Origin: Octopus vulgaris
Taxonomy: Eukaryota
Assembly: GCA_951406725.2 (NCBI GenBank)
Contig: OX597826.1
Span: 70,556,001-70,620,000, forward strand
Reading direction: 5' to 3'
Length of the DNA stretch: 64,000 bases
The notes under the pieces are model-generated. The model did no database searches, was not told the DNA's origin, and saw only the letters and a program-made list of their open reading frames with translations. Shown piece after piece: positions 26,551 to 39,399 of the stretch. The position numbers and the translations under genes are program-made. Within the stretch, counting starts at the first letter, position 1; each line of letters opens with the position of its first letter.

Positions 26551-27467
26551 GATTTGTATGTTTTGTGTGTATATAATTAAAATATAGTTGAGCTGTCCTC
26601 TAAAATGCAAGGAGATATATTCAAAACCAAAATAAATTGTAAATGTTTCCACATTCAGGTCTTCATATGTCCCTCTCAACTGATTTCAACTCTTACTGGA
26701 GTATTCATTATGAATAAGTAACTACAAAATGTCTGTACAGTGTAGTTTTAATAGTAAGAGATGCTATAAAGACCTGCTATAAGCAGAGCCTTAATAAACG
26801 TACAACCGGTTTCAACTCTTATTGACATATTCATGGTCAATGAGTAATAACAGAGGGTAGTTTTTTGAGGAGAATTCTTCCGTAAACATTTGAATTCCGG
26901 AAGAAAATTGTCGCCAAATCCTACGGCGTGTAAAACGAATAAATCTATTCTACGTTCTCGTTCTTTCTCACCATTTCTCTCTCTCATTACTTTTCTAACT
27001 TACAAAACTATCGATTTTAATTCTCAAATACTTAAATTGGACTTCACATGGTAGAGGTTCAGCATAGACTAAAAATAAGTACGATTTTCTTTTTATCACC
27101 AAGAAAATAAATAATAATTAGATATAATATAGTGTAATATAATTCTGCATTTAAATATGATTATTATTGTTATGAAATAAACCGAAGATAAAATAAATTT
27201 ACACCTACTCACTCAAAGAAAACGTATTGACCAATCAGATTATCGCTTGTCAGTCATTATTCATAGTGGGTTACCATTAATATAATTAATTGTGATTATA
27301 TCATTATTAGTGGGTTCGCTAAAGTGACAGCAGTTATCAGATATCTTCTCGTGAATGTAATGACCTAAGAAATGAAGTAAATCAAGTGTGTATCTTACTC
27401 TCCTTTACACACTCATACACACACACACACATACATACATACATACATACATACATACATACATACA

Positions 27468-27501
<34 letters not shown>

Positions 27502-27684
27502 CATACATACATACATACATACACACATACATACATACATACACCTACACACATACGCGCGTCTGCACACATACACATTGAATTGTGCCGATAACTAAGA
27601 AAAAAATAGGTCTCGACGGAAAATATTTATATTCGAAAAGAAAACGACCCCCAAGCCCTCAGCTGGGAAAAAAATAATCTATCC

Positions 27685-27699
27685 TATACTCTTTCTCTT

Positions 27700-27739
<40 letters not shown>

Positions 27740-28070
27740 CCTCCTCCGTCTCCTCCTTCGGTTCTCTTCTTCCTCCTTTTTTCTTCGTCTCGACTTCTTC
27801 TTTTTCTGCTCCTCTTCCTCTCCTTCTCCACTTCCTCTCCTTCTCCACTTCCTCTCCTTCTCCACTTCCCCTCAAGCTCTTCTTGCGCCTCTTCCGGCTC
27901 TTCCTCCTCCTCTTCTTCCTTTCTTATTCCTCTCATCCTCCTCTGCCCTCTTCCTCTCTTCCACCCTGCCTCATCTTCCTCTCATCCTCTCGTTTTCCTT
28001 TCCCTCTTCTTCTCTCCCCCTCCTCTGTTTCTCTCCACTTCTCTCCTCTTCTTCCCATCCACTTCCTCTC
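27685..28070. repeat. Pyrimidine-rich (CT/CTT/CCT) low-complexity tract
   Basis: Direct reading. Confidence 0.9.
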
Positions 28071-28439
28071 ATCCGAAAATAAAATAGACCAATCAAAGGC
28101 ACGCCAGCGTACATATTTATATGTGTATATGTGTGAGTGTTCGTGCGCGCGCGTGTTTATAACACGAACGATACAGGTGTATCAAATACCATATACTATA
28201 AATTCTTGAATTATTTAAGTTATCTCCGCCTCTAGAGAATGTATCCTAATGATCAAATTACAATTAAAATTAATCCCAGTCGAGGAGACACACATTCACA
28301 CATACCCCCCCACCCACCCCACACATACACCCACACTGGAGCTAAATCTGATGATTTTTTATGCCTCCTTTTCTCAGAAACAGTCAACGGCGATGGAGAG
28401 CATAAAGTTTATAATTGAAAAAATTAGCTGATATGAAAG

Positions 28440-28830
28440 ACTAGAAGCCATTTGAATATTGGAAACTGTTAACCTGTATCTTGATGTTTCGCGCCGGGTA
28501 TCAAAATGCCGACACCATGACCGCTTTTCAATGCTTTGTGAACACTGTAAAGGCTACAAGATGTGACATGGACAGCAGCAACGGAGACTACGAAGCCGTG
28601 GCCACCAGGAAGAAACACAGCAGGCGTTCTGACTGCATCCGAATGCCTGAATTTATTCAACAACTGCAGGACAAGACGATGGAAGATCCAAATAAGAGAA
28701 TCCGGCTTTGACGAGAGAGCAGGGTGTTGCAGTCACCACCATGAAGCTGACCCTGAAGGAGGACATTTGCTTTCACTTAAATAAAACGAAACCATGGATA
28801 ACATCCCTACTACGATGAAAAAGTTTGGAT
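28440..28830 (+). pseudogene. Tc1/maT-type transposase N-terminal relic
   Basis: ...YEAVATRKKHSRRSDCIRMPEFIQQLQDKTMEDPNKRIR resembles the HTH/linker region of Tc1/mariner transposases; frameshifted. Confidence 0.55.
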
Positions 28831-28834
28831 TACT

Positions 28835-29251
28835 CTCTCTTTACTCTTTAACTCTTTTACTTGCTTCAGTCATTTGACTGCGCCCATGCTGGAGCACCGC
28901 CTTTAGTCGAGCAAATCTACCCCGGGACTTATTCTTTGTAAGCCCAGTACTTATTCTATCGGTCTCTTTTGCCGAATCGCTAAGTGACGGGGACGTAAAC
29001 ACACCAGCATCGGTTGTCAAGCAATGCTGGGGGACAAACACAGATACACAAACATATACACACACATACATATATATATATATATAGATACGGGCTTCTT
29101 TCAGTTTCCGTCTACCAAATCCACTCACAAGGCTTTGGTCGGCCCGAAGCTATAGTAGAAGACACTTGCCCAAGATGCCACGCAGTGGGACTGAACCCGG
29201 AACCATGTGGTTGGTAAGCAAGCTACTTACCACACAGCCACTCCTGCGCCT
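28835..29251 (-). mobile_element. SINE A, full length
   Basis: Complete from tail to head. Confidence 0.9.
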
Positions 29252-29482
29252 AGGTCTCTGCTTTAAGAATAATTTCTTTCTGTTAATACTGTCAGGTTCA
29301 GAGGCCACGCAAAAATAATTAATTGATTAATAATGAGTGAAGCAGTATTGATTCAAAAAGGTAATACTTATCTCCACTTAAAACTGGATGTTTTGTTTGG
29401 ACACAGTATAATACGTTAGTTATCATGGGAGGTCTATGCATATAGAGCGGTGGTACATATAAGCACTCGTGTTCATATAACT

Positions 29483-29710
29483 TATTTCTTTACTGCTCAC
29501 AAGGGGCTACTCACAGAGGGGACAAACAAAGACAGACAAACGGATTAAGTAGATTACGTCGACCCCAGTGCGTAACTGGTACTTAATTTATCGACCCCGA
29601 AAGGATAAAAGGCAAAGTCGACCTCGGCGGAATATGAACTCACAACGTAACAACAGGTGAAATACCGCTAAGTATTTCGCCCGGCGTGCTAACGTTTCTA
29701 CCAGCTCGCT
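29483..29710 (-). mobile_element. SINE B monomer
   Basis: tatttctttac tail to ccagctcgc head. Confidence 0.85.
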
Positions 29711-29934
29711 TCTGGTGTTCATGTCACTACCGGGAGATAATCGCCGTCGGGAGTGATTTCTGCCTTCATTGGCCTTGTCAATGGTAGACGCCCAAAGCTA
29801 GAGATAACAATGATTCCTCCGTCTGTGATATACATAGAATCAATCTCAGTGTCTAATTAGGTACTGGTATCTCAAAGAGCCAGTGGAACTAATAATGGCT
29901 TTAAATTATGGCATATTTTGAGGGAGTTTGAGGG

Positions 29935-30849
29935 AGGGGCTAAGTCGATTAAATCTATCCCAGTGTTCAAATTGTACTTATTTTATCGATCTCGAAAAGG
30001 ATGAATAGTTTAGTCGACCACGATGGAATTTGAACTTAGAACATGAAGACGGACGAAACACCGCTAAGCATTTTGCCAGTTCGCCGCCAACAATGGACTC
30101 AATAAGAATCCTTTCTCCTAAAGGCACAAATCCCCAAACTTTGGGGTAGGTGGATATATTTTTACATCGACCCCCAGTACTCAACTGGTACTTATTTTAT
30201 CGGCCCCGAAAAGGATGAAAGACAAAGTCGACTGCGATGGAATTTGAACTCAGAATGTGAAGATGGACAAAATACCTATTTCTTTACTACCCACAAGGGG
30301 CTAAACACAGAGGGGACAAACAAGGACAGACAAACGGATTAAGTCGATTACATCGACCCCATTGAGTAACTGGTACTTATTTAATCGACCCCGAAAGGAT
30401 GAAAGGCAAAGTCGACCTCGGCGGAATTTGAACTCAGAACGTAACGGCAGACGAACTTTACACCTCACAAGGGACTAAACACAAAGAGGACAAACGGATT
30501 AAGTCGATTATATCGACGCTAGTGCGTAACTGGTACTTATTATTCGACCCCGAAAGGATGAAAGGCAAAGTCGACCTTGGCGGAATTTGAACTCAGAACG
30601 TAGCGGCAGACGAGATACCTATATCTTTACACCTCACAAGAGGCTAAACACAGAGAGGACAAACAAGGACAGACAAACGGATTAAGTCGATTATATCGAT
30701 CCTAGTGCGTAACTGGTACTTATTTAATCGACCCCGAAAGGATGAAAGGCAAAGTCAACCTCGGCGGAATTTGAACTCAGAACGTAACGGCAGACGAAAT
30801 ACTGCTAGGCACTTCGCCCGGCGTGGTAACGTTTCTGCCAGCTCGCCGC
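29935..30849 (-). mobile_element. SINE B cluster including a head plus four-body tandem (~30165-30849)
   Basis: Repeated bodies of about 160-185 bp ending in head gctcgccgc at 30849; a separate diverged copy at 29935-30090. Confidence 0.85.
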
Positions 30850-31494
30850 TAAAAGTGGGCTTAATTATAATAAAGAATCGGATACACTGCTAATTTCCAC
30901 CATGCCTAAACGATAAGAAAGAAAAGAATAAACCCAGAAAACAAAACGCTTTATTACTCCAATCATGCTATATCATTCAATAAGACAATGTAGAATTTAT
31001 TGATTTCTCAGCAAAAAAATCAACAACCACACAAGGAAGAATCTTATCTGAGATTTAAACAACCAAGGTTAAGCACTAACTAAGGGTGTCAGTAAAAACA
31101 ACAGAAAATTCAATTCTTTAGAGTTATTAAAAAATCAATAATGTTAATGTATCAATGAGAGAGAAGAGCGTTTTATAGTTTTTGGCAGGAGACACTCACT
31201 TCATACGTTTCTTAAAAAGAGGAAAAGAAAGAGAGGGAAACAAAAACTATTGATTTGAAATCAAGACCTATGAGATGTTAGTCAAGCACTATACCTACTC
31301 GGCCTTTTCGCATGTGTGTGTAGAGATAGTTTTAACTGTTCTGCTACCCGGCAGCCCAGCAACCCTCTACTCCGTGGTGGGCCGCATGCCAAAATTCCAA
31401 AATGCTTAGCAGAAACAAGATCAAAAAAAGAGATCGATCGGTGTTTGTAGAAAAATCTAAGAAATGAATCTGTTCGGTGAAGTGTATTGTGATG

Positions 31495-31502
31495 TGTGTG
31501 CA

Positions 31503-31553
<51 letters not shown>

Positions 31554-31676
31554 AGTGTGTGTTTGAGTGGGTGTTGGGAATTTGGGGCTTGTGTGTGTGT
31601 GTGTGTTTGTGGTTGTATATGTGTTTGAGTGTGTGTGTTTGTGTATGTGTTTGAGTGTGTGTTGGGAATTTTGGGC

Positions 31677-31721
<45 letters not shown>

Positions 31722-32290
31722 TGTTTGTTTGTGTATGCGTTTGAGTGTGTGTTGGGAATTTTGGGCTTGTGTGTGTGTGCGTGAGTGTGTGTGTTTGTGT
31801 ATGTGTTTGAGTGTGTGTTGGGAATTTTGGGCTTGTGTGTGTGTGTGTCTTTCTGTGTGTGTGTATGTGTTTGAGTGTGTGTTGGGAATTTTGGGCTTGT
31901 GTGTGTGTGCGTGTGCGTGTGTGTGTGTGTGCAGGTGTTTAGTATGTGTATATAGTGTTTGAGCATGCTGTGTCTGTGTATGTGTGTGTATGCGGTGCGT
32001 GTTGTGTGTGTGTGTTTAGTGTGTTTGTGTGTATGTTTGTATATGTGATGTGTGGTGTGTGTGTTGCGTTCTTGTGTTTTCTGTATGCATATGTAGTGTG
32101 CATGTATGGGAAGTGTGTGTGTATGTGTGTGTGTACATGTGGATAACGTGTGTGTGTGTGTGTATGGTATGTGCATGAGTATAATGTGTATCTGTGAGGT
32201 ATGTTTATGGATATATGTGTGTATGTGTATTTATATACGTATTTGTTAATGTGTGTGTCTGTTTATATGTGTATGTGTCTGGTGTGGATA
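31495..32290. repeat. (GT)n tract containing five copies of TTGAGTG.GTGTTGGGAATTT(T/G)GGGCTT
   Basis: Motif at about 31563, 31651, 31741, 31807 and 31871. Confidence 0.9.
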
Positions 32291-32618
32291 TGTTTTTGTT
32301 ATCAAAATTATTTGTTTGGTTTGGGAGAAAGAGCTGTGCACATTGTTTTCACCGATCCCCAGAGACTGGCGAGATCGATAGATCGAACCGTTGATGTTTT
32401 ATTTAAACAATTACAGTTGTAAGGAAAAACGTGCAGGAACGGATTGCAAAGGGCGAACGTTCTTTGATGAAAAAAAAAAAGACTTTAGCGTAGTGGTAAG
32501 GAACGATATGGGTGACGGGAGGAGGAAAAAAAGGAATGAATCGGTGAAATAAACATGAGACTAGCTGCCTCCGAAGAGCCGAGGCCCTTGTAATAGCGGT
32601 ACCAAATTAGAGAGAGAG

Positions 32619-32713
<95 letters not shown>

Positions 32714-32829
32714 GAGCACAACAAGTAAGTGAGCCAAATGTTGGACTGTGTTTGGGAGTGAATTTATAATAATAAATCAGGTGGATTTTGTTTGAATGCG
32801 ATCTAAGATATTTCTTTACTGGAGAGAAA

Positions 32830-32867
<38 letters not shown>

Positions 32868-32898
32868 TTTTTTCTCTCCTTGTTTTTTTTCTGTGTCC

Positions 32899-32934
32899 CT
32901 TTCTGTAGAAGAGCGTAGGCTCGAAACGTAAAAG
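32899..32934 (+). ncRNA. Minimal hammerhead-like motif (A6U variant) in a (GATA)n-embedded element (~32866-33027)
   Basis: cuuu-CUGUAGA-a-gagc-guag-gcuc-GAAA-c-GUA|aaag; stems I and II perfect. Confidence 0.5.
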
Positions 32935-33026
32935 ACTTTTTCTATTCCTGAGCGTTATACTAATACATCTGTTTGTTTTGTGCACCACCTGTTTTCGTCT
33001 TTTGTTTTCTTTCGTAAACTCTCCCT

Positions 33027-33090
<64 letters not shown>

Positions 33091-34341
33091 GTAGATAGTG
33101 TATAGTCTAAAGAACTGATCCCAGCTTAAAACGGATTTCATGAATGCAAAAAAAAAAAATTATTAATCACGGTGAAATTCGAACTCAGAATGTTGAGATA
33201 TAACAGTAAATTGTACAATGACCAACAGTAGCTCGCTCTTACATTTTGCTAAGCTGCCGCCTTTAGGCACCAATGGTTCACAGTCTAGGGTAGGGGTTGC
33301 AGTCGTTTGAATTGAGTCAAGTATATGACTGATTTTATCCAGCCTTGGAAAGATGAAAGGCAAAGCGGTGCCCAGCGGGCTTTGAACTCAGAACATTAAA
33401 AAGACGTAACTAAACACCGCAAGATATTTTGTCCACCACATTACTGATTCTTCCGATCCAACGAGCTCCTTCATAATATCATAATTATTAAACATGACCA
33501 ACAACACCAATAACCTCAGTAACAATAGCAACAAAGGCAGCAGTAACAATGATAATGAAGAAAACTATGTTGTTCGCTGATTTCCAGACCGATTCCTGTA
33601 CTCCATAATTTTACAGTTATCTTTATTAGATGAATGGTTATTTTCAATTCCTATCATATTCCACAAACAAGACTTAAATTACTGGTCTCTTTCATACAAA
33701 TTTGTTGATTTATTTTTACAAAAGAAGCGTAAATTTATTGTTTGGCGGAATTTCGTTCGATGTTTGAGTATGAATAATTAATAGTTATATTGTCGGCAGA
33801 CGACGTAATTGCCAAACGCAGACGGTTTTTATGTTTATTTTTTTTTAATGGCGTAGACAAAGTAATAAGGATCTTTTTCAGGATCTCCGTGACTGGAAAG
33901 AGGGATATCTGGATGGTTTGAGAAATAATTGTTTCCAATTTAGAATCAAAACCAGCAGCTTTGAGGTGAGTGAGAGTGTTGGTCGAACTCATTGACTCTA
34001 CCATTTGACTGGTACTTTATTTTACTCTCACAGTAGTATTAAAAAGCAAAATTGATCTCAGCGGGATTTGAACGCTGAACGTAAAGAGCTGGGAGAAATA
34101 CAGAAAGACACTTTACTTTGTTTGCTATGCTAACAATTTTTCAATCAACCATTTTATTGCCGATTCTAGAACCGAAATAATGGTCTTCAATTTCGGCATA
34201 GAGCCAACAGTTTTGAGGAGAGAGGGTTCTTCAATACTATCGACTCCAGCACTTGACTAGTTGAACTATCTTATCGACACCGAGTGAATTTTCTCCCTGA
34301 CTTATGGTCTCTTAGGCGACTCATACACGCACGTATATCAG

Positions 34342-34419
<78 letters not shown>

Positions 34420-34453
34420 TTGCATGTTTATATACCTGTGTATGTATGGATAT

Positions 34454-34488
<35 letters not shown>

Positions 34489-34702
34489 TACGTGTACAAT
34501 GTGTTTTTTTTTTAAACTGAGAATGCACATAGCTAGAGGAAACAAACTTCGTGTAAGTCTAAAGTTCACACTCACATATTTAATAATGTCTTGACTCAGC
34601 TCCGCATGACTTGAAGTTTCGTGAGTGTGTACGACGAACTCACCTCCGATATTTGATGAAATTAGTTCACATGGAACTGAGTCAAACTGTTATTAATAGA
34701 AG

Positions 34703-35207
34703 TACCGTAAATCCTCGAGTATAGTCCGCCCTTGAGTATTAAACGCAGGGGATATTTAGGGGGCTGTACCTCTGAAAAACCTAAACCTTGTGTATAATAT
34801 GCAACCTTCTCTAACTTGAGTCAAGGAGGTCCTTGGTTTGTAAAAATGTATACGGTAACGTCCTTTAATATTATTGTATATATAACATAATGCAAACGTG
34901 TAGCTTTTTTTGTGCATTTTGTTTGCAGAAAATAAAGAAATAACAGCAATAACATTTAATAAATGTTGCTTACTGCAAGTTATGGATGATTCTTTTATGA
35001 CTTCATTGCTTTCAGGCTTAGCTTAAGGTATTTTCGCCCCCGACATCACAAAATTCGTATGAATAAACATTTCCGGACAGCAAATAGAGACTCGGACATT
35101 GCTTAGAAAATAATTTTCATTTTTAACCTTGTATATAGTACGCACTAGGGATTTTGACCTTTAAATTTTGGGGAAAAAATGCGGATTATACTCGAGGATT
35201 TACGGTA
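34703..35207. mobile_element. Tc2/pogo-type MITE, uninterrupted (~500 bp)
   Basis: TIRs TACCGTAAATCCTCGAGTATA / TATACTCGAGGATTTACGGTA with TA target. Confidence 0.9.
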
Positions 35208-35581
35208 TATGTAGCTCCAAACAAATATGTTTACCATTTTCTTTATATAAGCTAGGTGATTCTAACAGGGAAACAGAAATCAAAACAGGGACATAAACAA
35301 AGGCACACACACATACACACACATTTAAATCTAAGCGAATGACATCTTTAGTAGGCTTCTAGGAAAAACTCAAACGAAATAAATTCTGTTTTCATAATCT
35401 ATGTCAGGAGTGCCATGGGACATGTAAAGTAATATTTATGCAGAACTAAAAGTGATGGAAATCTGCAAAAGCAGAAAAAACAGAACACATTAACTCTAAG
35501 CCTTTAGTCCATCAATAAATGGTACTTGCAGTTAAATAACCTCAGGTGACTGCTCGAGCAACAATAATACACACAGAATGA

Positions 35582-35668
<87 letters not shown>

Positions 35669-35675
35669 GAGAGAC

Positions 35676-35724
<49 letters not shown>

Positions 35725-36018
35725 CAAATAAATAAACTCTTGAGTTTTAACATACAAAATATATATTTTGAGATTCTGTATTGAGATTCTCTTGGTCTCA
35801 TCTGTTGACTCTCTGTCTGTCTGTCTCTCCATCTGTCTGTCTGTCCGTCCATCTGTCTGTTTCTCTTTTCCCCACTCTCTCTTTCTCCCTTTCTCTCTGT
35901 CTCTCTCTCAAAAACCTCTCAATCCAATAACACCGTGTACAAACTCTATGCTTGGAATAACCAATTTTAGATATTATTGGAACTTATACACAAGGCACAA
36001 GAAACTTATATGTATACC

Positions 36019-36248
36019 TATTTCTTTATTACCCACAAGGGACTAAACATAGAGGGGACAAACAAGGACAGACATAGGTATTAAGTCGATTACATCGACC
36101 CCAGTGCGTAACTGGTACTTAATTTATCGACCTCGAAAGGATGAAAGGCAAAGTCAACCTCGGCGGAATTTGAACTCAGAACGTTGTGACAGACGAAATA
36201 CCGCAAAGCATTTCGCATGGCGCGCTAACGTTTCTGCCAGCTCGCCGC
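36019..36248 (-). mobile_element. SINE B monomer with a 14-bp TSD
   Basis: CTTATATGTATACC at 36005-36018 and 36249-36262. Confidence 0.92.
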
Positions 36249-36391
36249 CTTATATGTATACCAGTCTACTTAAATAATAGAACTGCAGGTACAATACTGC
36301 TGCATATCTCACGTTTGTTTTCATTCCTCCACTTCACTCTCTATTTCATATCTTCTCTAGAATAACTATTGCTTAACCACCTTATTGCACC

Positions 36392-36439
36392 GTCTCCGAT
36401 CAAGGGATATATAAAATATCCCAGAAACAGCTGTAAGGC
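36392..36439 (+). ncRNA. Hammerhead paralog of 25816 with G8C, probably inactive
   Basis: gucu-CCGAUCA-agggauau..auauccca-GAAA-cagcu-GUA|aggc; flanks (ttcctccacttcactctctattt...acagccttgg) homologous to 25748-25910. Confidence 0.6.
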
Positions 36440-36583
36440 CTTCTCTTTATAAGTGTTCTGAAATCTCTCACAGCCTTGGATTTTTATCTCATTCTGTTAA
36501 TTTATATATATATGTATACTCACATATCAACGCTTCATTAGATTTTCTTTCAAGCCATTTAGTTTACATACACGCTAACACAC

Positions 36584-36643
<60 letters not shown>

Positions 36644-36663
36644 TAATGGAAAACCTCTATAAA

Positions 36664-36747
36664 TGGCTGATGATTGCTCAAGATTTTAAAACTGTTGTAA
36701 TACTTACAATATTTAATAAAATGATGTAGCGTGAAACGATCGTACCA
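36664..36747 (+). ncRNA. Type I hammerhead ribozyme with an intact core in a ~140-bp island between (TA)n tracts
   Basis: ugg-CUGAUGA-u-ugcu...(uuguaa/uuacaa hairpin)...agcg-u-GAAA-cgauc-GUA|cca; stem III palindrome ACGAUCGU. Confidence 0.75.
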
Positions 36748-36778
36748 AATTACCGAAGTTATTCTTGTTGCTTATTTT

Positions 36779-36829
<51 letters not shown>

Positions 36830-37124
36830 TGTGAGAGTGTGTATGTGTGTGTGTGTGTGCTTTCGCTTTTAGTTTTGAATACTTTATACATTAAGTATGG
36901 AAGCACCAATACCTTTTGGACATTTTAGCTTCGCCATTAACAGCGCTTATCGACTTTTTAATGAAAATCAAGGTGACAGACATCTCAAAAGGAAAAGACG
37001 CACACACACACTCGGATGCGTACGCACGCACACATATATCATGTAACATGTTCATGTATTCTTACATGTGTGTGTGTATATATATATACATACACACTCA
37101 CACTCTCACATTCATATATGTTCA

Positions 37125-37541
37125 TGTATGTTTGTGTGTATGTATGTATGTATGTATGTATGTATGTATGTATGTATGTATGTATGTATGTATGTATGTA
37201 TGTATGTGTGTATGTATGTATGTATGTATGTATGTATGTATGTATGTATGTGTGTGTGTATGTATGTATGTATGTATGTATGTATGTGTGTATGTGTGTA
37301 TGTGTGTATGTATGTATGTGTGTATGTGTGTATGTATGTATGTATGTATGTATGTATGTATGTATGTATGTATGTGTGTGTATGTATGTATGTATGTATG
37401 TATGTGTGTATGTGTGTGTATGTATGTATGTATGTATGTATGTATGTATGTATGCGTGTATGTATGTATGTATGTATGTATGTATGTATGTATGTATGTA
37501 TGTATGTATGTATGTATGTATGTATGTATGTATGTATGTAT
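37125..37541. repeat. (TATG)n microsatellite
   Basis: Direct reading. Confidence 0.97.
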
Positions 37542-37597
37542 CTAGGCTTTTCTTTACACGGATGAAAGTAATCTTGTCTCTTACTTAAAAAAAAATT

Positions 37598-38123
37598 TCT
37601 TTCTGTGATACACGATCCCTTTTGATCGCCTTTTTTTTCCGATCCCTTTTGATCGAAATTTTACATTTGTTTCCTTTTTTTTCTTTTTCCTTTTTCATCT
37701 TCGAAAAGAAAAGCTCTACATTTGTATTTGTCCCTTCTGTGTTCAGCCCTGTGTGGCCAATAAAGAAAGTTATCTATCTATCTATCTATCTATGAAGCCA
37801 CCTTGAGCATAATCCTATGAACCCGGGAAAATTTAAAACAGAGGGTTACCTACATGCAAACAAATGTGGTAACATGTAACATTATTGACCAAGGTTACTG
37901 TGGTCTTTTCCGTAGGCTTTTCTTCCCACGGATAAACCTTATCTGCTTCCCCCTTTACAATTTCTGTGATACATGATCCCCATTTCTCTTTTTTTTTTCT
38001 TTCCCTTTTACGATCCCTTTTGATCGAAAACCTACCCCACTTTTTTTCTCTCCCCAAAAAGAAAAGCTCTACTTTGTAATCTGTCCCGTCTGTGTGCAGC
38101 CCTGTGTGGCTAATAAAGAAACA

Positions 38124-38125
<2 letters not shown>
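37598..38125 (+). mobile_element. Two copies of a (CTAT)n-tailed interspersed element (probable LINE 3' UTR)
   Basis: ttctgtgatac..gatcccttttgatcgaaa...aagaaaagctctac...cagccctgtgtggc.aataaagaaa + (CTAT)n; also at 43180-43300 and 43430-43582. Confidence 0.65.
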
Positions 38126-38187
<62 letters not shown>

Positions 38188-38301
38188 CATCCCTCCATCT
38201 TTCTGTCTGTCTGTCTGTCTGTCTGTCTGTCAGTCTGCCTGCCTGTCTGTCTGTCTGCCTGCCTGCCTGTCTAACTGCCTGCCAGTCTGTCTGTCTGTCT
38301 A

Positions 38302-38370
<69 letters not shown>

Positions 38371-38480
38371 ATCTATCTATCTATCCCTCCATCCATCTAC
38401 ATCTTTCTGTCTGTCTGTCTGTCTGTCTGTCTGCCTGCCTGCCTGCCTGTCTGCCTGCCTGCCTGCCTGTCTGCCTGCCA

Positions 38481-38514
<34 letters not shown>

Positions 38515-38570
38515 GTCTCTCTCTCTCTGTCTCTCTCTCTCTCCCCCCCTCTCTTTCTCTCTCTATCTAA
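38124..38570. repeat. (CTAT)/(CTGT)/(CTGC) compound microsatellite
   Basis: Direct reading. Confidence 0.95.
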
Positions 38571-38978
38571 CTAGACGCACATATATATTTATATATATAT
38601 TGAAATAGTTTGAATGTTTCAAGCATGTCTTTTAAGCCATCGATCTTTACAGGTATCGATCGACTTAAATAGTTTTCCGACTCGGAGTTGTCTAGATCTC
38701 AAGTAATTATATGACACCCAATGTCTCTTTTACCTGTGTGTAGTGGTCTGGGTGGGGTGGGGGAGGCGGAAGGCATCAAAAGACGAATATATATATAGAA
38801 TTTACTCTACTCATACAGACACTAACACACAGACGCATGCGCATACACGCAAGCGAAGACACAAACACATACACACACACACACACAGATGGTGTATGTT
38901 CATGCATATAACATTCTTCTGTCTTCTGTTTTAAATATATATGTGTTTTGTGCGTGCATGTATGCGAGGCGTTGTAAG

Positions 38979-39054
<76 letters not shown>

Positions 39055-39168
39055 GTGTGTCTGTCTGTCTGTCTGTCTGTCTGTCTGACTGTCTATCTGT
39101 CTGTTTGCTTGTCTGCCTGCCTGTCTGTCTGTTTGGTTGTCCGGCTGTCTGTCTGTCTATCTTTCTGT

Positions 39169-39227
<59 letters not shown>

Positions 39228-39295
39228 ACTCTCTCTATATAGGTAGCTAGTTAGATATACATACATATATAGAAAAGTAGATAAATTTATGTATG

Positions 39296-39399
<104 letters not shown>

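Noticed and set aside
31550-31900. CRISPR array
   Set aside because: Eukaryotic context, spacers are (GT)n of variable length, and there are no cas genes
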